From Myxococcota bacterium (GTDB taxonomy: Bacteria > Myxococcota_A > UBA796 > UBA2385), in contig JBIJDH010000005.1 in the NCBI GenBank assembly GCA_044344255.1, forward strand, positions 32,001 through 96,000: a DNA stretch of 64,000 nt, read 5' to 3'. Below are positions 17,836 to 29,095 of this stretch, in pieces (the stretch's first letter is position 1; each line of letters opens with the position of its first letter). The notes below the pieces were generated by a model. That model did not search any database. It saw only the letters and a list, made by a program, of their open reading frames with translations, and had not been told where the DNA came from. Made by a program: the position numbers and the translations under genes.

Positions 17836-20091
17836 ATGCGGATCGGTCGACCGTCGCTCTTGCTCTCGCTCGCCTTCGCCCTCGGCCTCACGGCGGTCGG
17901 GTGTAAGGGTGAGGTCCCGGCCGATTCGGACGGAGACACCTGGCTCGACCTGAGCGACTGCGGTCCCGACGACCCCCTCGTCCACCCCAACGGCGAGGAG
18001 CGCTGTGGGAACGACCTCGACGATGACTGTGACGGGTCTGTGGACGAAGACGATGCGGCGGACGCCACGCTCTACTACGTAGACGGTGACGACGACGGGT
18101 TTGGGGACCCTACCACCGCCCTCGCCCGCTGCGCCGACCCCGGCGAGGGCTTCTCTGAGCTCAACACCGACTGTGATGACAGCGACGCGGAGATCAGCCC
18201 CGAAAGCGCCTGGTACGCCGATCGCGATCACGACGGCTTCGGCGCCGGGGACGCGGTGCGCTCCTGTGCCCCGTACAGCGAGGAGGACGCTGTCCCCTAT
18301 GTGCGCCAGGGCGGTGACTGCGACGATGACCGGCCCCAGGTGAGCCCCACCGCGGTCGAGTCCTGCAACACGCTCGACGACGACTGTGACGGCCTCGCCG
18401 ATGAAGAGGTCACGACGCGCTACTACGTGGACGCCGACGGAGACGAGCACGGCGACCCGCTCTCTTACGAGGACGCCTGCTTCCGCCCCGAGGGGTCTGT
18501 CCTCGTGGGCGATGACTGTGACGACACCGACGCCCTCATCTGCCCCGACGCGCCGCGCATCTGTAACGACGGCATCGACAACGCCTGCGACGGGGCCCCC
18601 GCGGAGTGGCTGTCCTGCAGCGCCGCCTCCGCCTCGGCCACCGTCACCTACCTCGGCGGCGCGGCCTTCGAGTACGCAGGCTCGGCGGTGAACGACGTCG
18701 GCGACATCGACGGAGACGGCGTGGACGAGCTGCTCATCGGCGCGACCGAGCGCGCGAGCGACCCCGAGTCGACCGCCGAGGGGGGCGCCTGGCTCGTGTG
18801 GAGCGATCCCGACGCCGAGGGGCTGCTCGAGCTCGGGGACGCCGCCGGGCCCCGCAGCCTGCTCTTCGAGGGCGTCGAGGCGGGGGACAAGGCCGGGGTG
18901 GACGTCACTTCAGCCGGTGACATGAACGACGACGGTTACCCGGACCTCGTCGTGACCGCCTATGCCTATAACTCACCCGCGACCGCGAGCCACACCGCCG
19001 CGGGAGGTGTCTTCATCTTCTCGGGCTTCGACCTGCTCACCGACTCCGGGAGCGGGCCCACCGGGTTGACCGGTACCCTCAATCTGTCGACCGCGAACGC
19101 CGTCTATTACGGTGGGTTCCAGGCAGACTGGCTCGGCGAGGACGCCGCTGGGGCCGGTGATCTCAACGACGATGGCTTCGACGACCTGATCGTCGGCGCC
19201 CGGGGGCGCGCCTCGGGCTCCGACTCCTCGGCGGGGGCCATCCTCATCATCCACGGCGGCGCTGCGCTCGAAGGCGGCGGGAACGTCAACACGCTCGGCG
19301 GCGCGCTGTCCGGGGCCATCCTCGAAGGAGAGGCCGACAGCGACCACGAGAAGCTGCTGATCGGGAGCACGATGGCGGGCGCCGCCGACTTCAACGGCGA
19401 CGGGCTCGGAGACATCGCGGTCGGTAGCTGGAAGCATCAGGGTGAGCGCGGGGGCGTCTATGTGGTCACCCACACGGTGAGCGGCACCGAGTCGCTCGCC
19501 GACTCGGACTTCTTCTTCGACGGACCGGGCGCGGACACGCTCTGTGGCTGGATCGTCCGCGCCTACGAGGGGCCGGCGGGCGTCTCGAACCTCGTCGTGA
19601 GCTGCCCTCACTACAACGCCGACGGCGCGGGGGCGGTGCTGGTGATCGCGGGTTCGACCGAGCTCGACAGCGCGGGGCGGGCGCAGTCCCTGGCCGATGC
19701 GGACAGCGTCTACGTCGGCGCCGAGCCCGGTGATGGGATGGGCTGGGGGATGGACGTCGGTGGAGACGTCAACGGGGACGGCGAGGCCGACCTCCTCGTC
19801 GGCGCCACCGGGGACACCTCTGGCTTCTACGGTCAGGTGCGGATCTTCTACGGCCCGCTCACCGATCCAGACGGCGGGCTCCTCACCGTCGCCGCCGAGG
19901 AGGCCGCGGTGGTGCTCGAGAGCACCGACATCCTCAGCCTCTTTGGCGCCGAGCTGGCCTTCGTCGGTTCGCGGGGCGGCGCCGGGGACGCGGTGGCGAT
20001 CGGCGCGAGCCAGTTCGACTCCGTCACCGGTGAGGGGACCGTCGTCGACCGCGGCGCGGTGCACCTCTGGTCGGGCTTCACCCAGCCCTGA
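17836..20091 (+). CDS. Lipoprotein with MopE-like repeats and FG-GAP propeller
   Basis: Lipobox AVGC; DCDD/E.C..DDDCDG repeats; repeated AGD.NxDG..DLxVGA. Confidence 0.85.
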   Translation: MRIGRPSLLLSLAFALGLTAVGCKGEVPADSDGDTWLDLSDCGPDDPLVHPNGEERCGNDLDDDCDGSVDEDDAADATLYYVDGDDDGFGDPTTALARCADPGEGFSELNTDCDDSDAEISPESAWYADRDHDGFGAGDAVRSCAPYSEEDAVPYVRQGGDCDDDRPQVSPTAVESCNTLDDDCDGLADEEVTTRYYVDADGDEHGDPLSYEDACFRPEGSVLVGDDCDDTDALICPDAPRICNDGIDNACDGAPAEWLSCSAASASATVTYLGGAAFEYAGSAVNDVGDIDGDGVDELLIGATERASDPESTAEGGAWLVWSDPDAEGLLELGDAAGPRSLLFEGVEAGDKAGVDVTSAGDMNDDGYPDLVVTAYAYNSPATASHTAAGGVFIFSGFDLLTDSGSGPTGLTGTLNLSTANAVYYGGFQADWLGEDAAGAGDLNDDGFDDLIVGARGRASGSDSSAGAILIIHGGAALEGGGNVNTLGGALSGAILEGEADSDHEKLLIGSTMAGAADFNGDGLGDIAVGSWKHQGERGGVYVVTHTVSGTESLADSDFFFDGPGADTLCGWIVRAYEGPAGVSNLVVSCPHYNADGAGAVLVIAGSTELDSAGRAQSLADADSVYVGAEPGDGMGWGMDVGGDVNGDGEADLLVGATGDTSGFYGQVRIFYGPLTDPDGGLLTVAAEEAAVVLESTDILSLFGAELAFVGSRGGAGDAVAIGASQFDSVTGEGTVVDRGAVHLWSGFTQP

Positions 20092-20135
20092 GGTCCCCCG
20101 CCGACAGGCCCTCGGGGGCTCCCCGGCGCCGAAGC

Positions 20136-21362
20136 TCAGCGGATCCACCCGAGAGAGAGCGCGCCCGGCCCGAGGCTGACCGTGGGTGCGGCGCTCTGGA
20201 CGGCCCAGCTCGACCCCGTGAGCAGCAGGCCGGTGACGGCCGCGCCGCCGGAGCCCCAAGCGACCGCCCGCCATGCGTCCCCATCGGCGAGGCGATGGTC
20301 GCGCAGGATCGTGGTGTTCTCCCAGCTCGGCGCCGTGGACGCGCGCTCCACCTGACGCCAGGCGACCAGGGTCAGGGCCGTCCCGCCGACCGCGAGGGTC
20401 AGCCCGGAGCTGCGCAGGCCCGAGCGGAGGGCGACCCGCTTCAAGGGATCCGGCGTGACGGGGATCGAGAGGGGCCGCCAGGCGCCCTCCGACAGCTCCC
20501 AGACCGCGCCGCCGACGCTCGCGTAGGCGGGGCCGCCCCCGCTGGCCTCGGCCACGAGGCGCCCGAGCCAGGCCCCCGTCACCTCGGCGCTGAGCGAGGC
20601 ACCCTGGACTCCGGCGGGGCCGATCAGCAGGGGCTCTTGGTCAGCCCTCGCGTCGAGGACCCAGGTGGTGACGCCGCCCCCGGCCTCTCGGGCGCTCAAG
20701 AGCTGCAGGATGTGTCGGCCGGCCCGGAGGCTGAGGCGCCCCTCTTCGGGCTCGGCGGGGCGACCGTCCACCCACAGCGTGCCGCCGGCCAGGGCGCCCG
20801 GGGCGATCGCGATCCCGGTTTGGGCGGCGCTCGCCTCTTGGGTGACGCAGGCCTCGTAGCCTGGCCGCCCGTCTGGGTTGTAGTTGGGGTCCCAGGCCTT
20901 GTTCGGGGTAAAGCGGCGCGCCGACAGGAAGTAGACGCAGGCGTCCGTCTCGTGGAGCTCCTGGGCCACGAGGCCCCGCAGGTACGTGAGGTCGGTGGCG
21001 ACCGAAGCCTCGAGCGGCTCCTGAAGGCAGGGGAGCCGGTCGAGGGCGGCGCTGGCCTGGGCGGCCGAATCGGCCCAGACCTGCCGGAGGTAGAGCTGGT
21101 TGGCCTTCCGGAGGTCCTCCCGCAGGGCGGCGTTGGTGGTGGGGGCCCCGCCGCAGGCGGCTGCAACAGGGCCGTCCACGAAGCGTGGCGCGCCCGACTG
21201 GCCGAGGCCGCTGAGGGGGCGGGGGTCCAAGGTGTAGGGGGGGGCGCCGGTCGCCCGGCTGACCCGGTCTACGGCGATCGCAGGGTCGCCTTCGTACACC
21301 ACGATGCGGTCGGTGGCGAAGGCGGGGGTGGACAGAAAATAACAAAGGATAAACGATATCAA
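20136..21362 (-). CDS. Exported TPR/PEGA-like protein (paralog of 6050-7231)
   Basis: TTG start gives signal peptide (M)ISFILCYFLSTPAFA; LPCL..LTYLRGL, GTLWVDG..LRAGRHILQL, two hydrophobic segments; exact start uncertain. Confidence 0.7.
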   Translation of the reverse strand: MISFILCYFLSTPAFATDRIVVYEGDPAIAVDRVSRATGAPPYTLDPRPLSGLGQSGAPRFVDGPVAAACGGAPTTNAALREDLRKANQLYLRQVWADSAAQASAALDRLPCLQEPLEASVATDLTYLRGLVAQELHETDACVYFLSARRFTPNKAWDPNYNPDGRPGYEACVTQEASAAQTGIAIAPGALAGGTLWVDGRPAEPEEGRLSLRAGRHILQLLSAREAGGGVTTWVLDARADQEPLLIGPAGVQGASLSAEVTGAWLGRLVAEASGGGPAYASVGGAVWELSEGAWRPLSIPVTPDPLKRVALRSGLRSSGLTLAVGGTALTLVAWRQVERASTAPSWENTTILRDHRLADGDAWRAVAWGSGGAAVTGLLLTGSSWAVQSAAPTVSLGPGALSLGWIR

Positions 21363-21493
21363 ATCGGCCCTCGCTCTTCGCTGCCCTGCGGTGAAACACC
21401 CCATCGCGCGCGCTGGGAGGGGGCGACGCTCCTGACCGGCTCGTAACGAGCGCTCGCCGGGCCCGCCGCTCGCGACCGCTATACTGAGGAGCC

Positions 21494-23083
<1,590 letters not shown>

Positions 23084-23107
23084 GCGGCGCTACAGGGGCG
23101 CCCAGGC

Positions 23108-24148
23108 TCAGCCCGGCCCCCCGGTGGCCCCGGCTCGGATCCGCACCAGGACGGCCTTGTGGTCGGTGTTGGGCATGCGGCGGTGCGCGAGGCTCAAGAG
23201 CTCGACCTCACCGAGCAGCGCCTGATCGAGGCGGAAGAAGGGGGCGTCCGGCCAGCCGCCGCCGGCGGGCCAGGTGGCCCCCCAGACCCCCGTCCAGGCG
23301 AAGGCGTCGCGGAGACCGCGGTCCTGGAGGAGGCGCAGCGCGGGACTGTGGGGGACGCTGTTGAAGTCCCCCACCAGGGCGACGGGGTCGCCGGCCGCGC
23401 AGGGGGCCCAGGCCCGCTTCATTCGACCGCCCTCGAGGGCGTCGGCCACCACGCGCATGTAGGGCATGAGCCCGGTGGGGTCCTTCGGCGCTGGGGTGGG
23501 CCCATGGAGGCCGAGGAGGCAGAGCGGCCCCGGCAGTCGGATGATCGCCAGGGGCATGGTCATCGTGGGGGAGCCGAACTCGGGCGTCACCCGAGCCTCA
23601 CAGGGGACGCCGTCCGAACAGAAGATCGCCGTGGCGTGGCTGACCCGGATCATGGGTTCTTGGAAGTTGTCCGCCACGCGCCGCATGCCGGGGACCGCCG
23701 TCGCCCGCTTCTCGATGACGATCGCGACGTCGGCCCCGGTCGCGGCGATCGCCGCTTCGAGGGTGCGGGGATCGGCCTCGTCGCTGTAGGCGTTGACGTT
23801 TGTGCTGAGCACCAGGACGCCGCCCTCGCCGCTCGGCCAGAAGGCGGGCGGGAGGCCCATCAGCGTCAGGCCGAGCACCGCGGCGCTGAGGCAAGGGGCG
23901 GCGCGCCGACTGAACAGCCAGACCAGGAGGGACCAGGCGGGCCAGGCGGCCATCGCCCAGGCGGGCCCCATCAAGAGCCCGGCCAGCAGCATCTGGCCCT
24001 CGACGCTCTCCTCCGAGCAGAGCTGCGCCAGCAGGGGCCCGGCCAGCGCGCCGAGCGGCGGCAGCGCGAGCAGCGGCAGGGCCCATCTTCGACGACGGCC
24101 GCGCGGGTCGGTGAGCGTCGGGGGAGCGGAGGTGGGGGCGTCCGGCAT
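23108..24148 (-). CDS. Membrane-anchored endonuclease/exonuclease/phosphatase (EEP) family protein
   Basis: N-terminal TM helices; STNVN, GDFNS, ATWP, RLDQAL, TDHKAV. Confidence 0.8.
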   Translation of the reverse strand: MPDAPTSAPPTLTDPRGRRRRWALPLLALPPLGALAGPLLAQLCSEESVEGQMLLAGLLMGPAWAMAAWPAWSLLVWLFSRRAAPCLSAAVLGLTLMGLPPAFWPSGEGGVLVLSTNVNAYSDEADPRTLEAAIAATGADVAIVIEKRATAVPGMRRVADNFQEPMIRVSHATAIFCSDGVPCEARVTPEFGSPTMTMPLAIIRLPGPLCLLGLHGPTPAPKDPTGLMPYMRVVADALEGGRMKRAWAPCAAGDPVALVGDFNSVPHSPALRLLQDRGLRDAFAWTGVWGATWPAGGGWPDAPFFRLDQALLGEVELLSLAHRRMPNTDHKAVLVRIRAGATGGPG

Positions 24149-24234
24149 CGGCCGTCCCTAACCTCGGCGCGGCGCCTGACCCCGGGCAGCGGCGGGGCGA
24201 GGCCGCTGGGGCGCCTCGCGGTTATGGCGGCGGC

Positions 24235-25266
24235 ATGTCTCACGCATCGCCTCAGGCACCTCTCATCGTCCGCGCCCTTCGGGGCGAAACCACCGAGCGT
24301 CCCCCCGTCTGGTTCATGCGCCAGGCCGGACGTTACCTGCCCGAGTACCGGGCGATCCGCGCGAAGTCGAGCTTCCTCGAGCTCTGCCACACGCCGGAGC
24401 TCGCCGCGGAGGTGACGCTGCAGCCGCTCCGCCGCTTCGGCTTCGACGCCGGCATCCTCTTCAGCGACATCCTCGTGCCGCTGCAGCCGATGGGCGCGCA
24501 CCTCGTCTTCGGGCCGGGGGAGGGGCCGAGCTTCCCCGAGCCCATCCGAGACCGCGCCGGCGTAGACGCGCTGCACGCCTTCGATCCAGCGCGCGACCTC
24601 CCGGCGCCGCTCGAGACCATGCGCATCTGCGCCCGTGAGGCCGGCGTCCCGATGCTCGGCTTCTGCGGCGCGCCCTGGACGCTCGCCTGCTACCTCGTCG
24701 AGGGGAAGGGCTCGGACGCCTGGACCCACCCCAAGCGCCTGATGTGGTCCGATCCGGTCGCCTTTCAGGCCCTGCTCGACAAGCTCGCCGACGCCATGGG
24801 CGACCACCTCCAGGCCCAGGTCGAGGCCGGCGCCGCCGGGGTCCAGCTCTTTGACACCTGGCTCGGCGCCCTCTCGGTCGAGGACGCCCGTCGCTGGGCC
24901 CTCCCCGCCGCGGCCCGCGCCCTCGCCCGCGTGAAGGGGGTGCCCCGCCTCTACTTCACCCGGGAGTCCTCCGCATTTTTGCCCTACCTCCACGAGACCG
25001 GCGCCGACGGCTTCGCCCTCGACTGGCGGGCGGAGCTCGGGCGGGCCCGCGCCACCTTCGGCCCCGACGTCCCGGTGCAGGGCAACCTCGACCCCACCGC
25101 CCTCTTCGCGCCCCCCGACGAGATCCGGAGGCGGGTCCACGACATCATCCGCGCCGCAGGGCCGCGGGGCCATGTCTTCAACCTCGGCCACGGCATCCAC
25201 CAGGAGACGCCGATCAGCGGGGTCTCGGCCGCGGTGGAGGCGGTCAAGGAGTGGACGTGGACCTGA
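24235..25266 (+). CDS. hemE: Uroporphyrinogen decarboxylase
   Basis: PPVWFMRQAGRYLPEYR, FSDILVP, QLFDTW, QGNLDP, FNLGHGI. Confidence 0.97.
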   Translation: MSHASPQAPLIVRALRGETTERPPVWFMRQAGRYLPEYRAIRAKSSFLELCHTPELAAEVTLQPLRRFGFDAGILFSDILVPLQPMGAHLVFGPGEGPSFPEPIRDRAGVDALHAFDPARDLPAPLETMRICAREAGVPMLGFCGAPWTLACYLVEGKGSDAWTHPKRLMWSDPVAFQALLDKLADAMGDHLQAQVEAGAAGVQLFDTWLGALSVEDARRWALPAAARALARVKGVPRLYFTRESSAFLPYLHETGADGFALDWRAELGRARATFGPDVPVQGNLDPTALFAPPDEIRRRVHDIIRAAGPRGHVFNLGHGIHQETPISGVSAAVEAVKEWTWT

Positions 25267-26615
25267 GTCCGGAGCTCCTGCTCAAGTACAATCGGCCCGG
25301 GCCCCGTTACACGAGCTACCCCACCGCCCCGATCTGGCGGGAGGACTTCCCCGAGGAGGACGTCCGGCTGGCCCTGACGGAGGTGCGCGCGCCGGCCACG
25401 GTCTACGTGCACATCCCCTTCTGCCGGGAGCAGTGCACCTTCTGCGGCTGCAACATGGTGGTGGCGGGGCGGCGGGAGCCCGGCACCCGCTACCTCGACG
25501 ACCTCGAGCGGCAGGTCGAGGCCCTCGCCCTGCCGGGGCCCACGCTCGAGGTGGCGCGGATCCACCTCGGCGGCGGCACCCCCACCTGGCTCAGCGCCGA
25601 TGAGCTGTCGCGGCTCTACGAGATCCTCTACCGCCGCTTTCGGCCCGCTCCCGGGGCTGAGCTCTCTGTGGAGGCCGATCCCGAGGTCACGAGCGACGAG
25701 CAGGTCCACCGCCTGCGGGAGCTCGGGGTCAACCGCCTGAGCATGGGCGTGCAGAGCTTTGACCCCAAGGTCCTCGCCGCGGTGAACCGGCCCCAGCGTC
25801 AGAGCCGGGTCTCCGACATCCTCACGCTGGCCCGCTCGCTCGGGATGTACAGCCTGAACCTCGATCTCATCTACGGCTTGCCCTACCAGACGGCCGACTC
25901 CTTCGCCGACACCCTCGACCGCACGCTGGAGATGCGCCCCGATCGGCTGGCGATCTTCGGCTACGCGCATGTGCCCTGGCTCAAGCCGCACATGAAGAAG
26001 ATGGAGGCCGAGGCCCTCCCGGGGCCGGTCGACCGCGCCCGCCTCTTCCTGCTCGCGCACGAGCGCCTCACCGCCGCCGGGTACCAGGCGATCGGCCTCG
26101 ACCACTTCGCCCTCCCCGACGACGAGCTCGCGGTGGCCCAGCGGGAGCGGCGCCTCCACCGCAACTTCATGGGCTACACCACCCGCCCCGACCACGATCT
26201 CGTGGGCATCGGCATGAGCGCGATCTCCGAGCTCGGGCCGACCTATGTGCAGCAGAAGGTGAAGCTGTCGGACTGGTGGCGGGCCATCGAGTCGGGGAGC
26301 TCGACCGTGGAGAAGGGGGCGCGGCTCACCGCCGAAGACCTGCTCCGCCGCGAGGTCATCAACCGGATCATGTGCAACTTCGTCGTGCCCTACGCGGTCG
26401 TCGAGGCGCGCCACGGCATCGACTTCCGGGCCCACTTCGCCGCAGAGCTCGCCGCCCTCGAGCCCCTCGAGGCGGAGGGCCTCGTCGCGCGCGGCGCGGA
26501 CGGCCTGCGTGTGCCCGACGGGGCGCGGCTGCTCGTCCGCAACGTGGCGATGGCCTTTGACGCCTACCTCGCCCCCGCGGCGCCGGGCCGCCCCCGCTAC
26601 AGCCAGACGGTCTGA
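25251..26615 (+). CDS. hemN: Oxygen-independent coproporphyrinogen III oxidase (radical SAM)
   Basis: KYNRPGPRYTSYPTAP, YVHIPFCREQCTFCGC, GGGTPT, DLIYGLP, GLDHFA, RNFMGY, RYSQTV. Confidence 0.95.
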   Translation: MDVDLSPELLLKYNRPGPRYTSYPTAPIWREDFPEEDVRLALTEVRAPATVYVHIPFCREQCTFCGCNMVVAGRREPGTRYLDDLERQVEALALPGPTLEVARIHLGGGTPTWLSADELSRLYEILYRRFRPAPGAELSVEADPEVTSDEQVHRLRELGVNRLSMGVQSFDPKVLAAVNRPQRQSRVSDILTLARSLGMYSLNLDLIYGLPYQTADSFADTLDRTLEMRPDRLAIFGYAHVPWLKPHMKKMEAEALPGPVDRARLFLLAHERLTAAGYQAIGLDHFALPDDELAVAQRERRLHRNFMGYTTRPDHDLVGIGMSAISELGPTYVQQKVKLSDWWRAIESGSSTVEKGARLTAEDLLRREVINRIMCNFVVPYAVVEARHGIDFRAHFAAELAALEPLEAEGLVARGADGLRVPDGARLLVRNVAMAFDAYLAPAAPGRPRYSQTV

Positions 26616-26620
26616 GCCGG

Positions 26621-27682
26621 ATGGCCACCCGCACGCATGTCTGGCTGCTGAACATGGGGGGGCCCGACTCCCCGCTGGCGGTGCGCCCCTTCCTCCAGCG
26701 CCTCCTCGGCGACCCCCGCGTCATCCCGCTGCCATTCCTGTGGCTGCAAGCGCTCTTCGCCTGGTTGATCGCCTGGAAGCGCGCGCGCGAGGTGATCCCG
26801 GCCTACGAGCGGATGGGCGGCCAGAGCCCCCAGCTCGCGATGGTGGGGGAGCAGGCGAGCCGCCTCAACCGCTGCCTCGGCCCGCGCTACGCCTGCGCCC
26901 CGGTGCTCCGCTACTGGGGCCCCTCGGCCGACGCGGCGGCCTCCTCCCTCGCCGACGGCGATCAGGTCGTGCTCCTCTCGCTCTACCCGCATGCCTGCGG
27001 CGCCACGACCACCACCTCCCTCGAGGACGCGCGCCGGGCCTTGGCCACCAAGCGGGTCCAGGTCGCGGAGGTCGAGAGCTACCCGACCGATCCCGCTTAC
27101 ATCGAGGCCGTCGCCGAGACGCTCCGGGAGGCCATCCTCCGCCTCCCGCGGCGGCGCCCCTACGAGGTGCTCTTCAGCGCCCACGGCCTGCCGCTGAGCC
27201 GCGTCGAGGCGGGCGACCCCTACCTCCGCGAGATCGAGGCCACCGTGGCGGCGGTCGTGGGGGCCTGCCGGCTCGCGGCGCCGCACCGCCTCTGCTTCCA
27301 GTCGCGGGTGGGCGTGCAGAAGTGGCTCGCCCCTTCGACCGCCGATCAGCTCCGCGACTGCGCGGCCCGCGGGGTTCGGGCGGTGGTGGTGGTGCCGATC
27401 GCGTTCACCAGCGAGCACATCGAGACCCGCATCGAGCTCGACGAGGAGCTCCGGGAGCTCTCCCACAGCCTCGGCATCGAGCTCTTCGAGCGGGCCGCGA
27501 CCGTCGGCGCCCGCCCCACCTTCGTGCACGCCCTGGCCGAGCTCGTGCGGCGGGCTGAGCGCGGCGCCGGCTGGGCCGTCCCCGAGGATGAGCTGCGGGT
27601 GGCGGTGGCCGAGGCCCTCCGCGCCGAGGCCGAGGCGGAGGCGAAGGATGCGCCGGCGCCCGCCGAAGGGGCCGAGCCGTGA
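26621..27682 (+). CDS. hemH: Ferrochelatase
   Basis: LLNMGGPDS, GGQSP, FSAHGLP, GDPY, FQSRVG..WLAP, FTSEHIET. Confidence 0.93.
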   Translation: MATRTHVWLLNMGGPDSPLAVRPFLQRLLGDPRVIPLPFLWLQALFAWLIAWKRAREVIPAYERMGGQSPQLAMVGEQASRLNRCLGPRYACAPVLRYWGPSADAAASSLADGDQVVLLSLYPHACGATTTTSLEDARRALATKRVQVAEVESYPTDPAYIEAVAETLREAILRLPRRRPYEVLFSAHGLPLSRVEAGDPYLREIEATVAAVVGACRLAAPHRLCFQSRVGVQKWLAPSTADQLRDCAARGVRAVVVVPIAFTSEHIETRIELDEELRELSHSLGIELFERAATVGARPTFVHALAELVRRAERGAGWAVPEDELRVAVAEALRAEAEAEAKDAPAPAEGAEP

Positions 27683-29049
27683 GCGCCCGGGTCATCATCG
27701 TCGGCGGCGGCGTCGCCGGCCTCTCCGCGGCCACCTTCCTCGCCGCCGCGCGGCCCGACCTCGAGCTGCTCGTGCTCGAGGCGAGCGCCCGGGCCGGCGG
27801 CAACGTCCAGAGCGACCGCGAAGACGGGCGGGTCCTCGACCGCGCGGCCAACGGCTGGCTCGACAATGAGCCGGCGATGGGCCGGCTGCTCGCCCTCGCC
27901 GGCCTCGTCGCCCAGCCGGTGGGGGATGGTTTCGGCACCCGCTGGATCTGGGCCGACGGCCTGATGCAGCGGGCGCCGCTGAGCCCGCCGGCGATGATCC
28001 AGACGCGGCTCCTCTCCTTCGGCGCCAAGCTGCGGCTGCTGCTCGAGCCCTTCCTCCCCCGCGGTGGCTCGGAGGACGAGAGCGTCTCTGGCTTCGTGCG
28101 GCGCCGGCTCGGGCAGGCGGCGGTGGATCGGCTGGTGGGGCCGATGGTGGCCGGGGTCTACGGGGCCGACCCCGACCAGCTCTCCCTCAAGGCGGCCTTC
28201 CCCCGGATGGCGGAGCTCGAGAAGGAGCACCGCAGCTTGTTCATCGCCATGCTGCGCCTCCGCCGTGGCGGCGCCCCGCCGGGCCTCCTCCACAGCCTGC
28301 CCGACGGCGCCGGCGGCCTCCCCGAGGCCCTCGCCGCCCGCCTCGGCGCTCGGCTCCAGACCTCCACCCCCGTCACCGCGGTGGAGCCTCGGCGCGGCCG
28401 CTGGCTGGTACACACCGCGGAGGGTGCCGAGGAGGCGGACGCCGTCGTGCTCGCCGCCCCCGCGCACGCCACGGCGCCGATGCTGCGGGGCCTCGATCCC
28501 GAGCTCGCGCGGGCCCTCGAGGACATCCGCTACGCCCCGCTCTCGGTGGTCATCACCGCCTCCCCGCGCGGGGCCTGGCGGACCGATCCCCACGGCTTCG
28601 GCGTGCTCTTCGCCCGGGGCGAGGCGGCGCGGGCGGGCATCCCGGGCGTGCTCGGCACCGTCTTCACCTCGACCCTCTTCCCCAACCAGGCCCGGGAGGG
28701 CGAGGTGCTGCTGCGCACGATGATCGGCGGCGCGGCCTCGCCCGAGGCGGCCGAGCAGGACAGCCAGGCCCTCACCCACCTCACGCGGCGGGCGCACGCC
28801 CTCTGCTTCGGGGAAGAGCGGGTCGAGCCTCACTTCGTTCGCATCTATCGGCACCCGCGGGCGATCCCCCTCTACGCGCCGGGGCACCTCGGCCGCGTCC
28901 GCAGCCTCCGGGCCGGCCAGACCCGCTACCCGGGGCTCTTCTTCATCGGCAACCACACCGACGGCATCGGCGTGAAGGACTGCGCCCGCCAGGGGGAGCA
29001 GGCCTCCGCCCTGGTCTCGGCGCACCTGCCGCTGGGCGCGGGGGGCTGA
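27679..29049 (+). CDS. hemY: FAD-dependent protoporphyrinogen oxidase (HemY type)
   Basis: IVGGGVAGLSAA, LEAS.RAGG, PMVAGVYGADP..LS, FGVL, AIPLY, GIGVKDC; last gene of the hem operon. Confidence 0.9.
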   Translation: MSARVIIVGGGVAGLSAATFLAAARPDLELLVLEASARAGGNVQSDREDGRVLDRAANGWLDNEPAMGRLLALAGLVAQPVGDGFGTRWIWADGLMQRAPLSPPAMIQTRLLSFGAKLRLLLEPFLPRGGSEDESVSGFVRRRLGQAAVDRLVGPMVAGVYGADPDQLSLKAAFPRMAELEKEHRSLFIAMLRLRRGGAPPGLLHSLPDGAGGLPEALAARLGARLQTSTPVTAVEPRRGRWLVHTAEGAEEADAVVLAAPAHATAPMLRGLDPELARALEDIRYAPLSVVITASPRGAWRTDPHGFGVLFARGEAARAGIPGVLGTVFTSTLFPNQAREGEVLLRTMIGGAASPEAAEQDSQALTHLTRRAHALCFGEERVEPHFVRIYRHPRAIPLYAPGHLGRVRSLRAGQTRYPGLFFIGNHTDGIGVKDCARQGEQASALVSAHLPLGAGG

Positions 29050-29095
29050 CGGGCCGGCGCGGCGACCAGGGTCGCCGAGGCGCCGGCGCGCGGGC

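Noticed and set aside
21330..21365. Local AT-rich patch suggesting foreign DNA
   Set aside because: It coincides with the signal-peptide codons just after a likely TTG start, where low-structure sequence is normal.
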